Shown in pieces: positions 9,501 to 18,186 of a stretch of 39,028 nt of DNA. A model generated the notes under the pieces. It searched no databases and was not told the DNA's origin. It worked only from the letters and a program-made list of their open reading frames with translations. The position numbers and the translations under genes were made by a program. Origin of the DNA: a virus (lineage: Duplodnaviria; Caudoviricetes); the IMG/VR virus record IMGVR_UViG_3300037991_005359, positions 1 through 39,028 of that record, one strand, 5' to 3'. How positions within the stretch are numbered: the stretch's first letter is position 1; each line of letters begins with the position of its first letter.

Positions 9501-11183
9501 TCAAGATCTGATACTGAAGATACTTTAAGTCAGTTAGTAAGCGAAGATATTAACATTACTTATCATACAACTATATCTGGTCAATCAGCTTTATCAGCTG
9601 AACAAGGTAAAATTAAAACAAGAATTAATGAAGAATTAGATAATGGTAAATATAAAGTTACAGAAAAAACTATAACATCATCAGCATTTCCATCTAGCGG
9701 AGCAATAGATGATCAAGTAATTGTAGGTGCTGGTGGATCAACTGATGCAGGATATACTGAAGATATAACTAAAAAATTCAATCAAACTTCTGAAGAGACA
9801 ATAGATTCATCAGATATAGCAGAAGGAAAAATTGTTAGTGTACAAAATAATGTAAACGAAGATGGCACTTTTAATACTGTTAAAACTATAAGAAGTCAAA
9901 GAAAACAATCTGCTACTAGTGGCACTAAAAATCATTTAAGAACTGAAGCTGTAGTAATAGAAGAAAATGCTGATGCAGCATTAGGAACACCTAGTAGTCA
10001 AACAGATGGAACAATTGTTATTAATGAAAGTGAGCAATTAGAAAATGGTAAATTTAGAAATGTTTCTAGAACAATAACTTCTAGAGATGATTGTGATACT
10101 GTTACAAATGAAGTTGCTTCTGGAGATGATGCAGGTGGAGGTTATACTGAAACAACAATTATTCAATATAATAAAGCTAGTCCTATATCAATAGCAAATG
10201 ATGAAGATACTGCAGGTAAAACTATATCTGTTACAAATGAATTACAAGAAGATGGACTTTATACAACAACAAAAGTAGAAAGAATAGATAGATCTAGAAG
10301 TGCTGTTTCTGGTGTTGCTTCTGATGAATATATAGAAACTGTAACTACAGAATATAATGCAAGTTCAGCTTTAGGAGCGCCAAGTTATACTGCTGGTCAA
10401 ATAAAAACTTTTTCAAGTGAACAAAATGCAAATGGTAAATTTACAAATGTATCTTCACAAAGAGTATTAAGCTCTCAAGATTTTGGTGTAACTAATCAAA
10501 GTAATACTACGCTTAGTAATCCTGATATGGATTTTGTACAAAGATATGGAGAGCCTCATAAATTAACTACATTAATGGGTGTTTATAAAGGAAATACTTT
10601 ACCTAGCAAACAAGATATTTCAGGTAGTTTTAAAGCTGGAGGTAGAGAAAAAGTAATTAAAAGAATTGCAAATCCTACAATTATATCTGGGAAATATTCT
10701 TATTATTTATATGAAGATCATTATATTGCACCTCAAAATGATAGTGATGATTGGTTTATTCATGCAAGTACTTTGACTTGGCAAAAAAATAGAGAAACTA
10801 TTGGAAACTTTATTTCTGATAATGCTGGTAATACTGGCTGGATGCCAATTGATGTAGGTAGTGTTGGAGGACCTAAGTTTGCAAAAATAGAACAAGCTAC
10901 AAGAAGAACTAAAACTACTATTGTGTATAGAAAATATTTTGTAAGAAGACCAACTGCAGCTGATTTAAATACTGCTAGTATTAATACAAGTAGTAATGAA
11001 ATGACTAATCCAATGTCAGCTACTACAATTAGTACTGCTTATAAAACTGTTCAAGTATCACAACATTTATTTGCTGTTGAAAAAATAGTTACTAGCTTAG
11101 GAACTAGAGTTGCTGATAGTGATGGATTAATAGGAACTACAGGTGCTGATTATACTGGATTAGCAGGTAGTGCTTTAACTTAG
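6588..11183 (+). CDS. Large Ser/Thr-rich virion protein with tandem ~60-65-aa repeats (fibre/shaft-like)
   Basis: 1531 aa; about 14 units with E.LENG.FRN or NEDGT[FY]NT cores. Confidence 0.7.
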   Translation: MAFDNAKRILQDSEARVASSAEGIYDDDLVVLFWQNIEAHYIDECIRYLNDSSVRALTGPTTFYDTTFNDDLYHLHAYYNESDQRIYRVLMKSAATTSSITQSGTKWRLQSGETYQAGTSNLVLVMYNVDPDYIVALETESLSTTYEGTIYLLGGTQLTGTWHSIARESDFNSDTGLYDLRWYVSRYEAKEYMFVSKRNSFQEEVQFYRYRMTETSIDDFENNYYFDTSTLGDYYYSADGSNYTKKNNASATGTLPSTAKNILTSIAGRSLNYEQRPDRDTGEIDIVVTFIHDTASTAEGGSTSSANSTVVTITNNATQELGDPTPSFKLTMTGTHSAATGTYQLNPNLSRYERLSDNLNYDEQWTIFRDSQQTGTDTYAHSWLLYDEVNNNQVYFSSNYSTLAAFKTAENNPTDGTITNGTFSEKSEGLHHVQDNSTIQHESQQLENGLFRNVQTISTNFNQTASSESKLHAYTDTVEFNSASTTSVTPGSPSAGTQVTVENTPNEDGTFNTVKRTRVFNLQTATSGSCNDAYTETVIIEENASSALGTPADQSNGVTVIHESQELENGKFRNITRTRTAKSRDNVTDENTTGADGQAGFTETIVKKYNQTNPENTTGDTAAGTTITVENILRDDGKYDTIKSTRVDRNRTATSGSTNAFSGETVVIATNASSALSAPSDQSDGTIVIHESEQLENGLFRNITRTRTARTDIATVTDNTELSDAGAGGYTQSVVKKFNQSSAETISESDTEAGTIVEVQNNINEDGTYNTIKSIRTERSLTAEGGSTTALNKEEIIITVNAAAELGEPSDQADGIILSHQSEQLPNGLFRNTQRKVTARTDVATVTDSTEISDAGAGGYLETITKKINQSSQATIDESDTAAGSIVTVENTINEDGTFNTLKRVRTERSLTSSAKSESVNTSTTVEIVNNASAALGTSQSTPSAGTTITRESTPLDNGLFRNVTTTVIDNSRSDTEDTLSQLVSEDINITYHTTISGQSALSAEQGKIKTRINEELDNGKYKVTEKTITSSAFPSSGAIDDQVIVGAGGSTDAGYTEDITKKFNQTSEETIDSSDIAEGKIVSVQNNVNEDGTFNTVKTIRSQRKQSATSGTKNHLRTEAVVIEENADAALGTPSSQTDGTIVINESEQLENGKFRNVSRTITSRDDCDTVTNEVASGDDAGGGYTETTIIQYNKASPISIANDEDTAGKTISVTNELQEDGLYTTTKVERIDRSRSAVSGVASDEYIETVTTEYNASSALGAPSYTAGQIKTFSSEQNANGKFTNVSSQRVLSSQDFGVTNQSNTTLSNPDMDFVQRYGEPHKLTTLMGVYKGNTLPSKQDISGSFKAGGREKVIKRIANPTIISGKYSYYLYEDHYIAPQNDSDDWFIHASTLTWQKNRETIGNFISDNAGNTGWMPIDVGSVGGPKFAKIEQATRRTKTTIVYRKYFVRRPTAADLNTASINTSSNEMTNPMSATTISTAYKTVQVSQHLFAVEKIVTSLGTRVADSDGLIGTTGADYTGLAGSALT
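7480..10460 (+). repeat. Degenerate coding tandem repeat with alternating A/B units and a ~390-bp super-period
   Basis: GAAAATGGTTTGTTTAGAAAT at 8673 and CCAAACGGTTTATTTAGAAAC at 9063 are 390 bp apart. The ACTGTTACAGA..ATACAGA..TAGTGATGCAGG blocks at ~8730 and ~9120 are nearly identical. Confidence 0.85.
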
Positions 11184-11201
11184 ACCTAGAAAGGAATTAA
11201 T

Positions 11202-11774
11202 ATGGAGGAAATTAATTATTCAAAAGGTCCTTTAATCAAAGGGCATGAAAGTATAGATACCACTTCTTCTGCTGCTTTAAGTGCTGAAAGACAAAGACAA
11301 GAAAGAGAACAACAAAAACAAAGAATAGAGCAGAAAAAACAAGAACAAAAAATGCAAGAAAATTTAGATGAATTTCTTAAAATACAACAACAAGAACAAC
11401 TAAATTTTGAAGGAGAACCAATTGATATTTTTCCAGATGAAGAAAGTCAATTATCAAAAATACTTGAAGAGAGTAGAGCTTCAGCTGATGAAGCTGAACA
11501 ATTAACTTCTCAAGAAGATTTAACTATAGCAAAAGAAGAAACTAAAATAGAAACTATTAACACTTTAGAATCTTTATCAAGATTAGTTCCTGAAAGTAAT
11601 AGAGATGATGATAATGTTTTAAAAATTGTAAGCGGAGTTCCTACCTTTGCGCAGGGTACTCTTCCTACCGCTACAAATGAAGGTTATGTATTAATAGTAA
11701 TAGAAGATCCTGATGATTCAAGTGCAGTAAAATGGGCTGCTCAACCTCTTCAATGGAATAATGTTCCAAGTTAA
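11202..11774 (+). CDS. Hypothetical virion protein, acidic coiled coil plus a short fibre-like C-terminus
   Basis: RBS AAGGA; Gln/Glu-rich helix; LPTATNEGYVLIV...KWAAQ. Confidence 0.55.
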   Translation: MEEINYSKGPLIKGHESIDTTSSAALSAERQRQEREQQKQRIEQKKQEQKMQENLDEFLKIQQQEQLNFEGEPIDIFPDEESQLSKILEESRASADEAEQLTSQEDLTIAKEETKIETINTLESLSRLVPESNRDDDNVLKIVSGVPTFAQGTLPTATNEGYVLIVIEDPDDSSAVKWAAQPLQWNNVPS

Positions 11775-11788
11775 AAAAGGATTTTGTA

Positions 11789-13618
11789 ATGAGTTTAACA
11801 GATTCTCATTGGGAAAAGATTGATACCTTTGGTCAATCAAGAGGATTTGAATGGAATCAAATGCTCGCTATTGTAGGATTTAGCGATTATACAAATACTA
11901 TTTCTTTAGATAAAGATACTTACGATTGGTTTAATTTAAGTTCAGCTAATAGTCTTATGAGTGCTGTAAAAGAACGTGGTCATTTTTTTGGACATGACTT
12001 TGGATCTGATTTAGATACAGTAAGTGGATCTAGTAATTTATTAGATCAAACTAGATGGGCAGCTATGCAAAACTTTTATACAAGTAATTGTGAAAAGTTT
12101 GTTCATACAAATTCATCATATTATATTAAAAATATAGTTACTACTTCTAATTATACAATAGATAGTAATTGTAAACATTTTCCAACATTTGCAGAAATTG
12201 AAGTAAATAGAGCTGGTTTGTTTGATATAAATGTTCCTTCAGATCATTCAGCATGGTTTGAATTTTGTATGGAAGTAGGTTTATTTGGTATATACTCAGA
12301 AGGTGGTGTTACACAATTAAAATGGGGATTTCAATATGCTAATGAAGATAGTAATTGGAAGATAACAAGACCTGGAAGTTCTAGTGCTACAACTAATGGT
12401 AAAAGATTAGCAACATATAAAGATGCAGTTTATAAAGCAAAGCCTACTGGAGAATCAATGCAATATTATTCATCTGCTTTAGTTGAAGATATTAAAAAAT
12501 GTTTAGAGTTTGATATTAAAGTAAAATATATATTAGATGATTTTGGATATAAAAATACAATTGATGATTATATTGGTGTAGCTTCAACTAATCAATATGC
12601 ATTTAATAACTGGGAAACTAGTAGTACTGGACATGAAGGAAGAAGATATGTTGGAGATGCAGATAATCTCATAGGACTAAATAGTACTTTAGCTGCTGGA
12701 GGTAAAGCATTTCCTGTATGGAAATTAGATTTTGTTTCATTAACAAACTCTTTTAATTTAGCAAAAAATGATGCTATTAATAATGGAGAAACCAACACAA
12801 CAACTTCTGGAGCTAAACCTAGTTTTATAGGAGTAACAATTAGTACAGATTTTGATATGTATATGTCTTTTGAAAGATCTAATGATAGTGCTAGTAACAT
12901 TCCTTCATATATGCTTATTGATGTTGATGCTAAACATTATAAAATAGAACCTACTACAGGTGGTTATATAAGATTTAAAAGTCCTAGTGGAGCTACTTAT
13001 AAATTAACAGGAGAAAAATTATTAAGCCAAGTTACTAAACCAATAGGTATAGATATATATGATGAGTTTGGAATGGGCTTTACTGAAGGGTTACAAGATC
13101 TTAGTACTAATTTTGCAAGTGCAACTTCTGCTGTAGGGAACGTAAGCTTTTTATATAGTTTTTCAAAATCAGTAGATTGGGCTGACGCTCCTAGTTTAAC
13201 AGCAACTCCAGTTTCAGCAACATTAACAGTTCCTAATAATACTGAAGCTACTGCAGAAATTATATCAACATCAGAAACAGCAAGCACACCTTGTAGAAGT
13301 TCTGCAGAATATAATGCTCAAATAGGTTCTATCCATATAAATGGATCAAGTAGAGATAAATTCTCAGGTGGTGGCAGGTTAACTGTTACTAGTAGTAGTT
13401 TTCCAATTACAAGCACAGTATTTAGAACTATGAGTGAAACTATAAGTACTTTTTTAAGTGATCATGTTAAAGGTTATGTTGATGGTGCTTTACCAGGAGA
13501 AGGTGATGCTTTTTATAGAACAGATTATAAACTAGAAATAGCTTATGATACACCTTGGGAAAGAGAATTAACTGATAGTCATTATTATAAGGCTATCTGT
13601 ACACCTTCTGAGGAATAA
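11789..13618 (+). CDS. Hypothetical virion protein (Ser/Thr-rich C-terminal half)
   Basis: 609-aa ORF, RBS AAGGA, located in the structural module; no motif recognised. Confidence 0.55.
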   Translation: MSLTDSHWEKIDTFGQSRGFEWNQMLAIVGFSDYTNTISLDKDTYDWFNLSSANSLMSAVKERGHFFGHDFGSDLDTVSGSSNLLDQTRWAAMQNFYTSNCEKFVHTNSSYYIKNIVTTSNYTIDSNCKHFPTFAEIEVNRAGLFDINVPSDHSAWFEFCMEVGLFGIYSEGGVTQLKWGFQYANEDSNWKITRPGSSSATTNGKRLATYKDAVYKAKPTGESMQYYSSALVEDIKKCLEFDIKVKYILDDFGYKNTIDDYIGVASTNQYAFNNWETSSTGHEGRRYVGDADNLIGLNSTLAAGGKAFPVWKLDFVSLTNSFNLAKNDAINNGETNTTTSGAKPSFIGVTISTDFDMYMSFERSNDSASNIPSYMLIDVDAKHYKIEPTTGGYIRFKSPSGATYKLTGEKLLSQVTKPIGIDIYDEFGMGFTEGLQDLSTNFASATSAVGNVSFLYSFSKSVDWADAPSLTATPVSATLTVPNNTEATAEIISTSETASTPCRSSAEYNAQIGSIHINGSSRDKFSGGGRLTVTSSSFPITSTVFRTMSETISTFLSDHVKGYVDGALPGEGDAFYRTDYKLEIAYDTPWERELTDSHYYKAICTPSEE

Positions 13619-13638
13619 TACTATGAAAAAGGAGAAAT

Positions 13639-15435
13639 ATGTTATCTATAGTTATTCCTGTAAGGAATGAAAGATTTTTAGAAAAAACAATTAATAATAT
13701 TAAAAAAAATCAAGATTATGAAAATGAAATTATTTTAATCTTTGATGAAGATGATCCTGATTATTATTATATTGACTACCCAAAAGATAAATTAAAAACA
13801 TTTATTAACATTCCTAAAAAAGGAACATCTGTTTCTAGAGATCTTGGAATTATAAATGCTACTTATGATTGTATAGTTCAGATTGATTCTCATATTTTGT
13901 TTACAGAAAAAGGTTTTGATACTTTATTTTTAAAAGAACATAAAAAGAATAAAGAAAATATTTTGTGCTGCAAAATGCTAGAAGTTAATTCTTTATTTAG
14001 ACCTATTAATAAATATCCAATTTATCAAGGTGCTGATTTAGTTTTAAAAAAAAGAACTGATCAAAAACAATCAGTAGCTTTTTCTATGCAATGGATAAAA
14101 GAAGAAAGAAAAAATAATGAAGTTCCTTTAGTTATGGGAGCTTGTTATATTTTTTCAAAAGAAAGATATATTAATATACTAAAAAGACCTTTATCTATAG
14201 GTGCAGGTTGGGGTAAAGATGAACAAAGATTATCAATATCTAATTGGATTTGCGGGGGTACATCTAAAGTAATTGATTATATTGTTTATCATAATACAAA
14301 TAGTATTAAATTTAAAAGTGAATACAGTTGTGAAAATAAATGGGACTATGATTACAATGCGCTTTCTCTTATACATTTATTTCCAATGTCTAAAGATTTA
14401 AAAGAAGATCTTATTTTTTTTATAAAAAGAAATTATGATGGAGAATATGATTCGGATCACTTTCAAGATTTAATTGATTTAATAAATAATAATACAGATC
14501 TTTTAAATAAAAATAAATATTATAATTCTTTAGACAGAACATTAGATGATTATTTAAATTATTTTAATATAACTAATGAATTATCAGATTTAAATATTGA
14601 ATATGATTCAAGTAACTATTTAAGAAAAGAAATACCTTATAAAGAATTTCAAGTTAAAAATTCTTATTTTTATCAACAAAGAGAATATTTTGATATTGAA
14701 TATTCTGTTACTTCTTTAATGAGGAGTGGTAGTCATATAATTACCAACTGGATATATAGTCAATTAAATGGAGATGTAAATTATCTTCATGCAATTAATA
14801 CTCCTAGATATAAAGTAGATTATAGAAGAGTTTTAAAAAAAGCTAAATGGGAAAATAATTTTAACTATAAACCAATTAACACAACAAATAAAAAAATATT
14901 ATTATACAATTTTCAACACGTTGATATAGAAAGTTTGCAACTAAATCCTTTTTTAAATTTTATAAACTCAAGTCTTAAAAGATCTATTTTAATTGTAAGA
15001 AGTCCTGAAAATTATATTGCTAGTTGTTCTTTTTTTATAAATGAAAGTTTAATGTTAACTAATTCAGAAGATCAAGAAATAGAAGTATGGAAAGATTATG
15101 TAACTAAATGTATAAAATACAGAGAAAGTTATTCGTGTATTATATACTTCGACAAATTTATTTCTGACAAAAACTATAGAGATTATTTATTTAATCTTTT
15201 AATGCTAAGTAATAGAACAGAAAAATGTTTAAACAAATGTCCATATTATGGAGGTGGTTCTTCATTTGATAAAGATAAATATAAAGATGGTAATGCTAAT
15301 CAAATGGATGTTTTAAATAGATGGAAAAATTTTGAAGATGAAATGTGGATGCAAGAAATTTTAAAAAGAAAAGACATATTAAAATTAAAACAACAAATAA
15401 TTGATATATCAAATTATGAAAAAAATATTTGTTAA
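13639..15435 (+). CDS. GT-A glycosyltransferase (GT2/GT27-like) fused to a sulfotransferase-like domain
   Basis: GT motifs MLSIVIPVRNE, GTSVSRDLG, QIDSH, MGACYIF and GWGKDEQRLSISNWICGG. C-terminal SLMRSGSHIITNW (5'-PSB loop-like), IVRSPENYIAS (3'-PB-like) and YGGGSSFD...VLNRWK. Confidence 0.8.
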   Translation: MLSIVIPVRNERFLEKTINNIKKNQDYENEIILIFDEDDPDYYYIDYPKDKLKTFINIPKKGTSVSRDLGIINATYDCIVQIDSHILFTEKGFDTLFLKEHKKNKENILCCKMLEVNSLFRPINKYPIYQGADLVLKKRTDQKQSVAFSMQWIKEERKNNEVPLVMGACYIFSKERYINILKRPLSIGAGWGKDEQRLSISNWICGGTSKVIDYIVYHNTNSIKFKSEYSCENKWDYDYNALSLIHLFPMSKDLKEDLIFFIKRNYDGEYDSDHFQDLIDLINNNTDLLNKNKYYNSLDRTLDDYLNYFNITNELSDLNIEYDSSNYLRKEIPYKEFQVKNSYFYQQREYFDIEYSVTSLMRSGSHIITNWIYSQLNGDVNYLHAINTPRYKVDYRRVLKKAKWENNFNYKPINTTNKKILLYNFQHVDIESLQLNPFLNFINSSLKRSILIVRSPENYIASCSFFINESLMLTNSEDQEIEVWKDYVTKCIKYRESYSCIIYFDKFISDKNYRDYLFNLLMLSNRTEKCLNKCPYYGGGSSFDKDKYKDGNANQMDVLNRWKNFEDEMWMQEILKRKDILKLKQQIIDISNYEKNIC

Positions 15436-17470
15436 CATAGCATCTTATTTAGATTATCAAATTTTACCTACGTTGTATGACGCTTTATTACAAGCGAAGT
15501 ACCCAGACAGATTGCATATATGTATTATTCATCAATATGATGATAAAGATAAATTTTTATTTGATGAATTTTATAATGACCCTAGAGTAACAATTATTAA
15601 CATACCTTATAAAGAAGCTAAGGGTGCTTGTTATGCTAGACATATAGGTAATCAAAAATACAACAACGAAGATTATGTTTTAATGTGTGATTCTCATACA
15701 AGGTTTATAAAAGATTGGGATGAAGAATTAATTAATATGCATAATGAATGTTTAAAATATTCTGATAAACCATGTATTTCTTCTTATTGTGCTTTGTTTG
15801 AAGTAAACTCTGAATTTTCTTTAAGCGGAAATAGATCTATGTTTCCAGCATTTAAAGATAAAACTGGAGTTCTTAGATTTAAAAATATAGAAAAGAATGA
15901 CAATGAATTAAGACAACATGGATTTTGGGGAGCTTGTTTTTCTTTTTCTTCTGGATCATTCTTTCAAGAAGTTCCGTATGATCCTGATTTATATTTTTTC
16001 GGAGAAGAAATTACAATAGCTGTTAGAGCATGGACTAGAGGTTGGGATTTTTATTTACCTAATAAAGTTATTTTAGAGCATGATTTTAGTTATACGAATG
16101 AAGATAACAGAAGAATAAAACATCAACATAGCTCATTGCTTGCAGATAAATTAAATAAAAAAAGTTTACATAAAGCTAAAAGAATTTGTTTAGGAAAAGT
16201 AAAAGGAATTTTTGGTCATGGAAATGTAAGAACACTAGAAGAATATCAAGCAGCTGCAGGAATTAGCTTTGAAGATGAATATGTTTGGCATGGAAACGAT
16301 ATGCATTACAGACCTTTTCCTGCATTTAATAATTATGAAGATTTTAAAAAAGAAATAATTCCTCAGAATAGATTTATTGATGTTAATGTTAACTGGTTAA
16401 AGCATAAAGAAATTGTAGAAAATTGTAATCAAGAAATTGATTTTGTAAAAGTTACACTTTCTTGGGAAAAAAGATATAAAATTATACCTGTTAATACTAA
16501 AGAAGGTATGCCTTATTCAGCTACGATTAAAAATTTTCCAATGGATTTATTATGCAATCTTTCTGCTTTTGTTAAAAATAATGAACAACTTATTAACATG
16601 GTTGAAATTGTTTTTTTTAAAAAAGATGAAGAAGGTAACTTTATAAAAAATGATTTATTTTGTATTAATGACAATATAGATGTTTCATATAAATTTAATG
16701 GTATAGAGTATAATCATATATCTATAAATTCATGGGGTCATAGGTGGATTTATTATTGGCGAAAAAGTTATTACAGTAAATCTGTAGAAAACGTTAAAAG
16801 AAAAAAAGAATTAGATAAGTTAAATAATAAATTATTATTTATACATACTCCTAAATGTGCTGGTAATTCTATCGTAGCAAGTATTAATACTTATTGGGAA
16901 AGTAGAAAAATTATTCATCTACAACTCCATCATCAGCATATAAAAAAGAAACAGTTATTAGAGTTTTGGAATATAAAAGAAACTAATAATTTTAAAGTAT
17001 TATCTGTATTTAGAAATCCTTTTGATAGACTTTATTCTGCTTATATATTTGGATTTAAACAAGCTAAACTTAAATATCTTGATGAATATAAATCTTTTCT
17101 TTTTAGAAAACCTTATTCATTTGAACATTTTTGTAAGATGTTATATCAACATTACGTTGATCATAATGCATTTCATAGACTTATATTAGAGCCTCAACAT
17201 TATTTTATAGAAGATTTAAACGGTGACATAAAAGACGTTTACCTTCTTGATTACGCTAATCTTAACGAAGAATGGGATAACCTTTGTCTTAAATTTAATA
17301 TGGGAAATAAAAGAAAACTATTAAAATTAAACAGTTCTAGAGAAAAAAAACTTGATTTTATGTCAATGTATACTCAAGAAACTTTAAAAATGGTTGAAAA
17401 AATATATGAAAAAGATATAAATATCTATCAACAAGTTCTTGACAGACAATTCTCTATAAATGAGGAATAA
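15416..17470 (+). CDS. GT60-like (Gnt1-type GlcNAc transferase) fused to a Sulfotransfer_2-type sulfotransferase
   Basis: ATG at 15416. GT motifs KIFVNIASYLD, AKGACYARH, CDSHTRFIKDWD and VPYDPDLYFFGEEITIAVRAWTRGWDFYLP. C-terminal FIHTPKCAGNSI, FRNPFDRLYSAY, EPQHYFI and YEKDI. Confidence 0.85.
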   Translation: MKKIFVNIASYLDYQILPTLYDALLQAKYPDRLHICIIHQYDDKDKFLFDEFYNDPRVTIINIPYKEAKGACYARHIGNQKYNNEDYVLMCDSHTRFIKDWDEELINMHNECLKYSDKPCISSYCALFEVNSEFSLSGNRSMFPAFKDKTGVLRFKNIEKNDNELRQHGFWGACFSFSSGSFFQEVPYDPDLYFFGEEITIAVRAWTRGWDFYLPNKVILEHDFSYTNEDNRRIKHQHSSLLADKLNKKSLHKAKRICLGKVKGIFGHGNVRTLEEYQAAAGISFEDEYVWHGNDMHYRPFPAFNNYEDFKKEIIPQNRFIDVNVNWLKHKEIVENCNQEIDFVKVTLSWEKRYKIIPVNTKEGMPYSATIKNFPMDLLCNLSAFVKNNEQLINMVEIVFFKKDEEGNFIKNDLFCINDNIDVSYKFNGIEYNHISINSWGHRWIYYWRKSYYSKSVENVKRKKELDKLNNKLLFIHTPKCAGNSIVASINTYWESRKIIHLQLHHQHIKKKQLLEFWNIKETNNFKVLSVFRNPFDRLYSAYIFGFKQAKLKYLDEYKSFLFRKPYSFEHFCKMLYQHYVDHNAFHRLILEPQHYFIEDLNGDIKDVYLLDYANLNEEWDNLCLKFNMGNKRKLLKLNSSREKKLDFMSMYTQETLKMVEKIYEKDINIYQQVLDRQFSINEE

Positions 17471-17497
17471 TTTTCAAGACAATTATTGGGGTTTAAA

Positions 17498-18178
17498 ATG
17501 GCTTTTAGCAAATTAGATATAAAAAATGAGATTATTTTATCACTACCTGCTGGTGGACAAATACAAACAGCTTTACTAGATCAAAGAATTGATTTCTGTA
17601 TGAAAAAAATATTTGCAGAAACAGAAATATTAAAGCTAACTAGATACATTAATGAAGTTAAGGACCAACAATTTTATCGTATAGGTGAAAGTCAAACGTC
17701 AGAAACAAATCATCCTGGTGATATTGAAACTATAAATGTATGTCGATTATCTAGAGTAAAACATAAAGATGGTACTACTAATTATGATATATCTACAGTA
17801 GATGAACGAACAGTTATTCCAAAGAGTCAGTATTCTTTTGTATCTGCAGTTGAAGATTCTTCAAGAGAAATGAAATTATATTTACATAATAAATCTAGTG
17901 AAACTAAAACTGCTGGTATAGAACTTTTATTTTCTGCTTCAACAGCTAGTACAACTTATGTTGATCCTTTGTTTATACAAGACTTTAGAGATGCTTTATT
18001 AGCTGATATAAAGTATTACTATCTAATGGATACAGGCAGACCTTGGTTTAACCCTAATGTAGGCTCAATAGAATTAAAGAAATTTTATGAAGCATTAAAT
18101 AGATTAAGATTTAAATCTAATACAGGATTCACAAATGGAACCATGACAGTATCACCTAGTTATGGATTTATCATATAG
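17498..18178 (+). CDS. Putative tail adaptor/tubular-like virion protein
   Basis: ATG at 17498. Pattern FCMKKIFAETEIL...LLADIKYYYLMDTGRPWFNPNVG resembles podovirus adaptor proteins, and the gene lies before the ejection proteins. Confidence 0.5.
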   Translation: MAFSKLDIKNEIILSLPAGGQIQTALLDQRIDFCMKKIFAETEILKLTRYINEVKDQQFYRIGESQTSETNHPGDIETINVCRLSRVKHKDGTTNYDISTVDERTVIPKSQYSFVSAVEDSSREMKLYLHNKSSETKTAGIELLFSASTASTTYVDPLFIQDFRDALLADIKYYYLMDTGRPWFNPNVGSIELKKFYEALNRLRFKSNTGFTNGTMTVSPSYGFII

Positions 18179-18186
18179 GACTAATT

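Noticed and set aside
7480-10460. Repeats considered as a CRISPR array or DGR template/variable pair
   Set aside because: The repeats are in-frame, degenerate and protein-level, with no constant repeat-spacer pattern. No reverse transcriptase or adenine-specific variation is seen.
17439-17461. TTGACA...TATAAA possible sigma70 promoter
   Set aside because: The spacer is only about 10 nt, too short.
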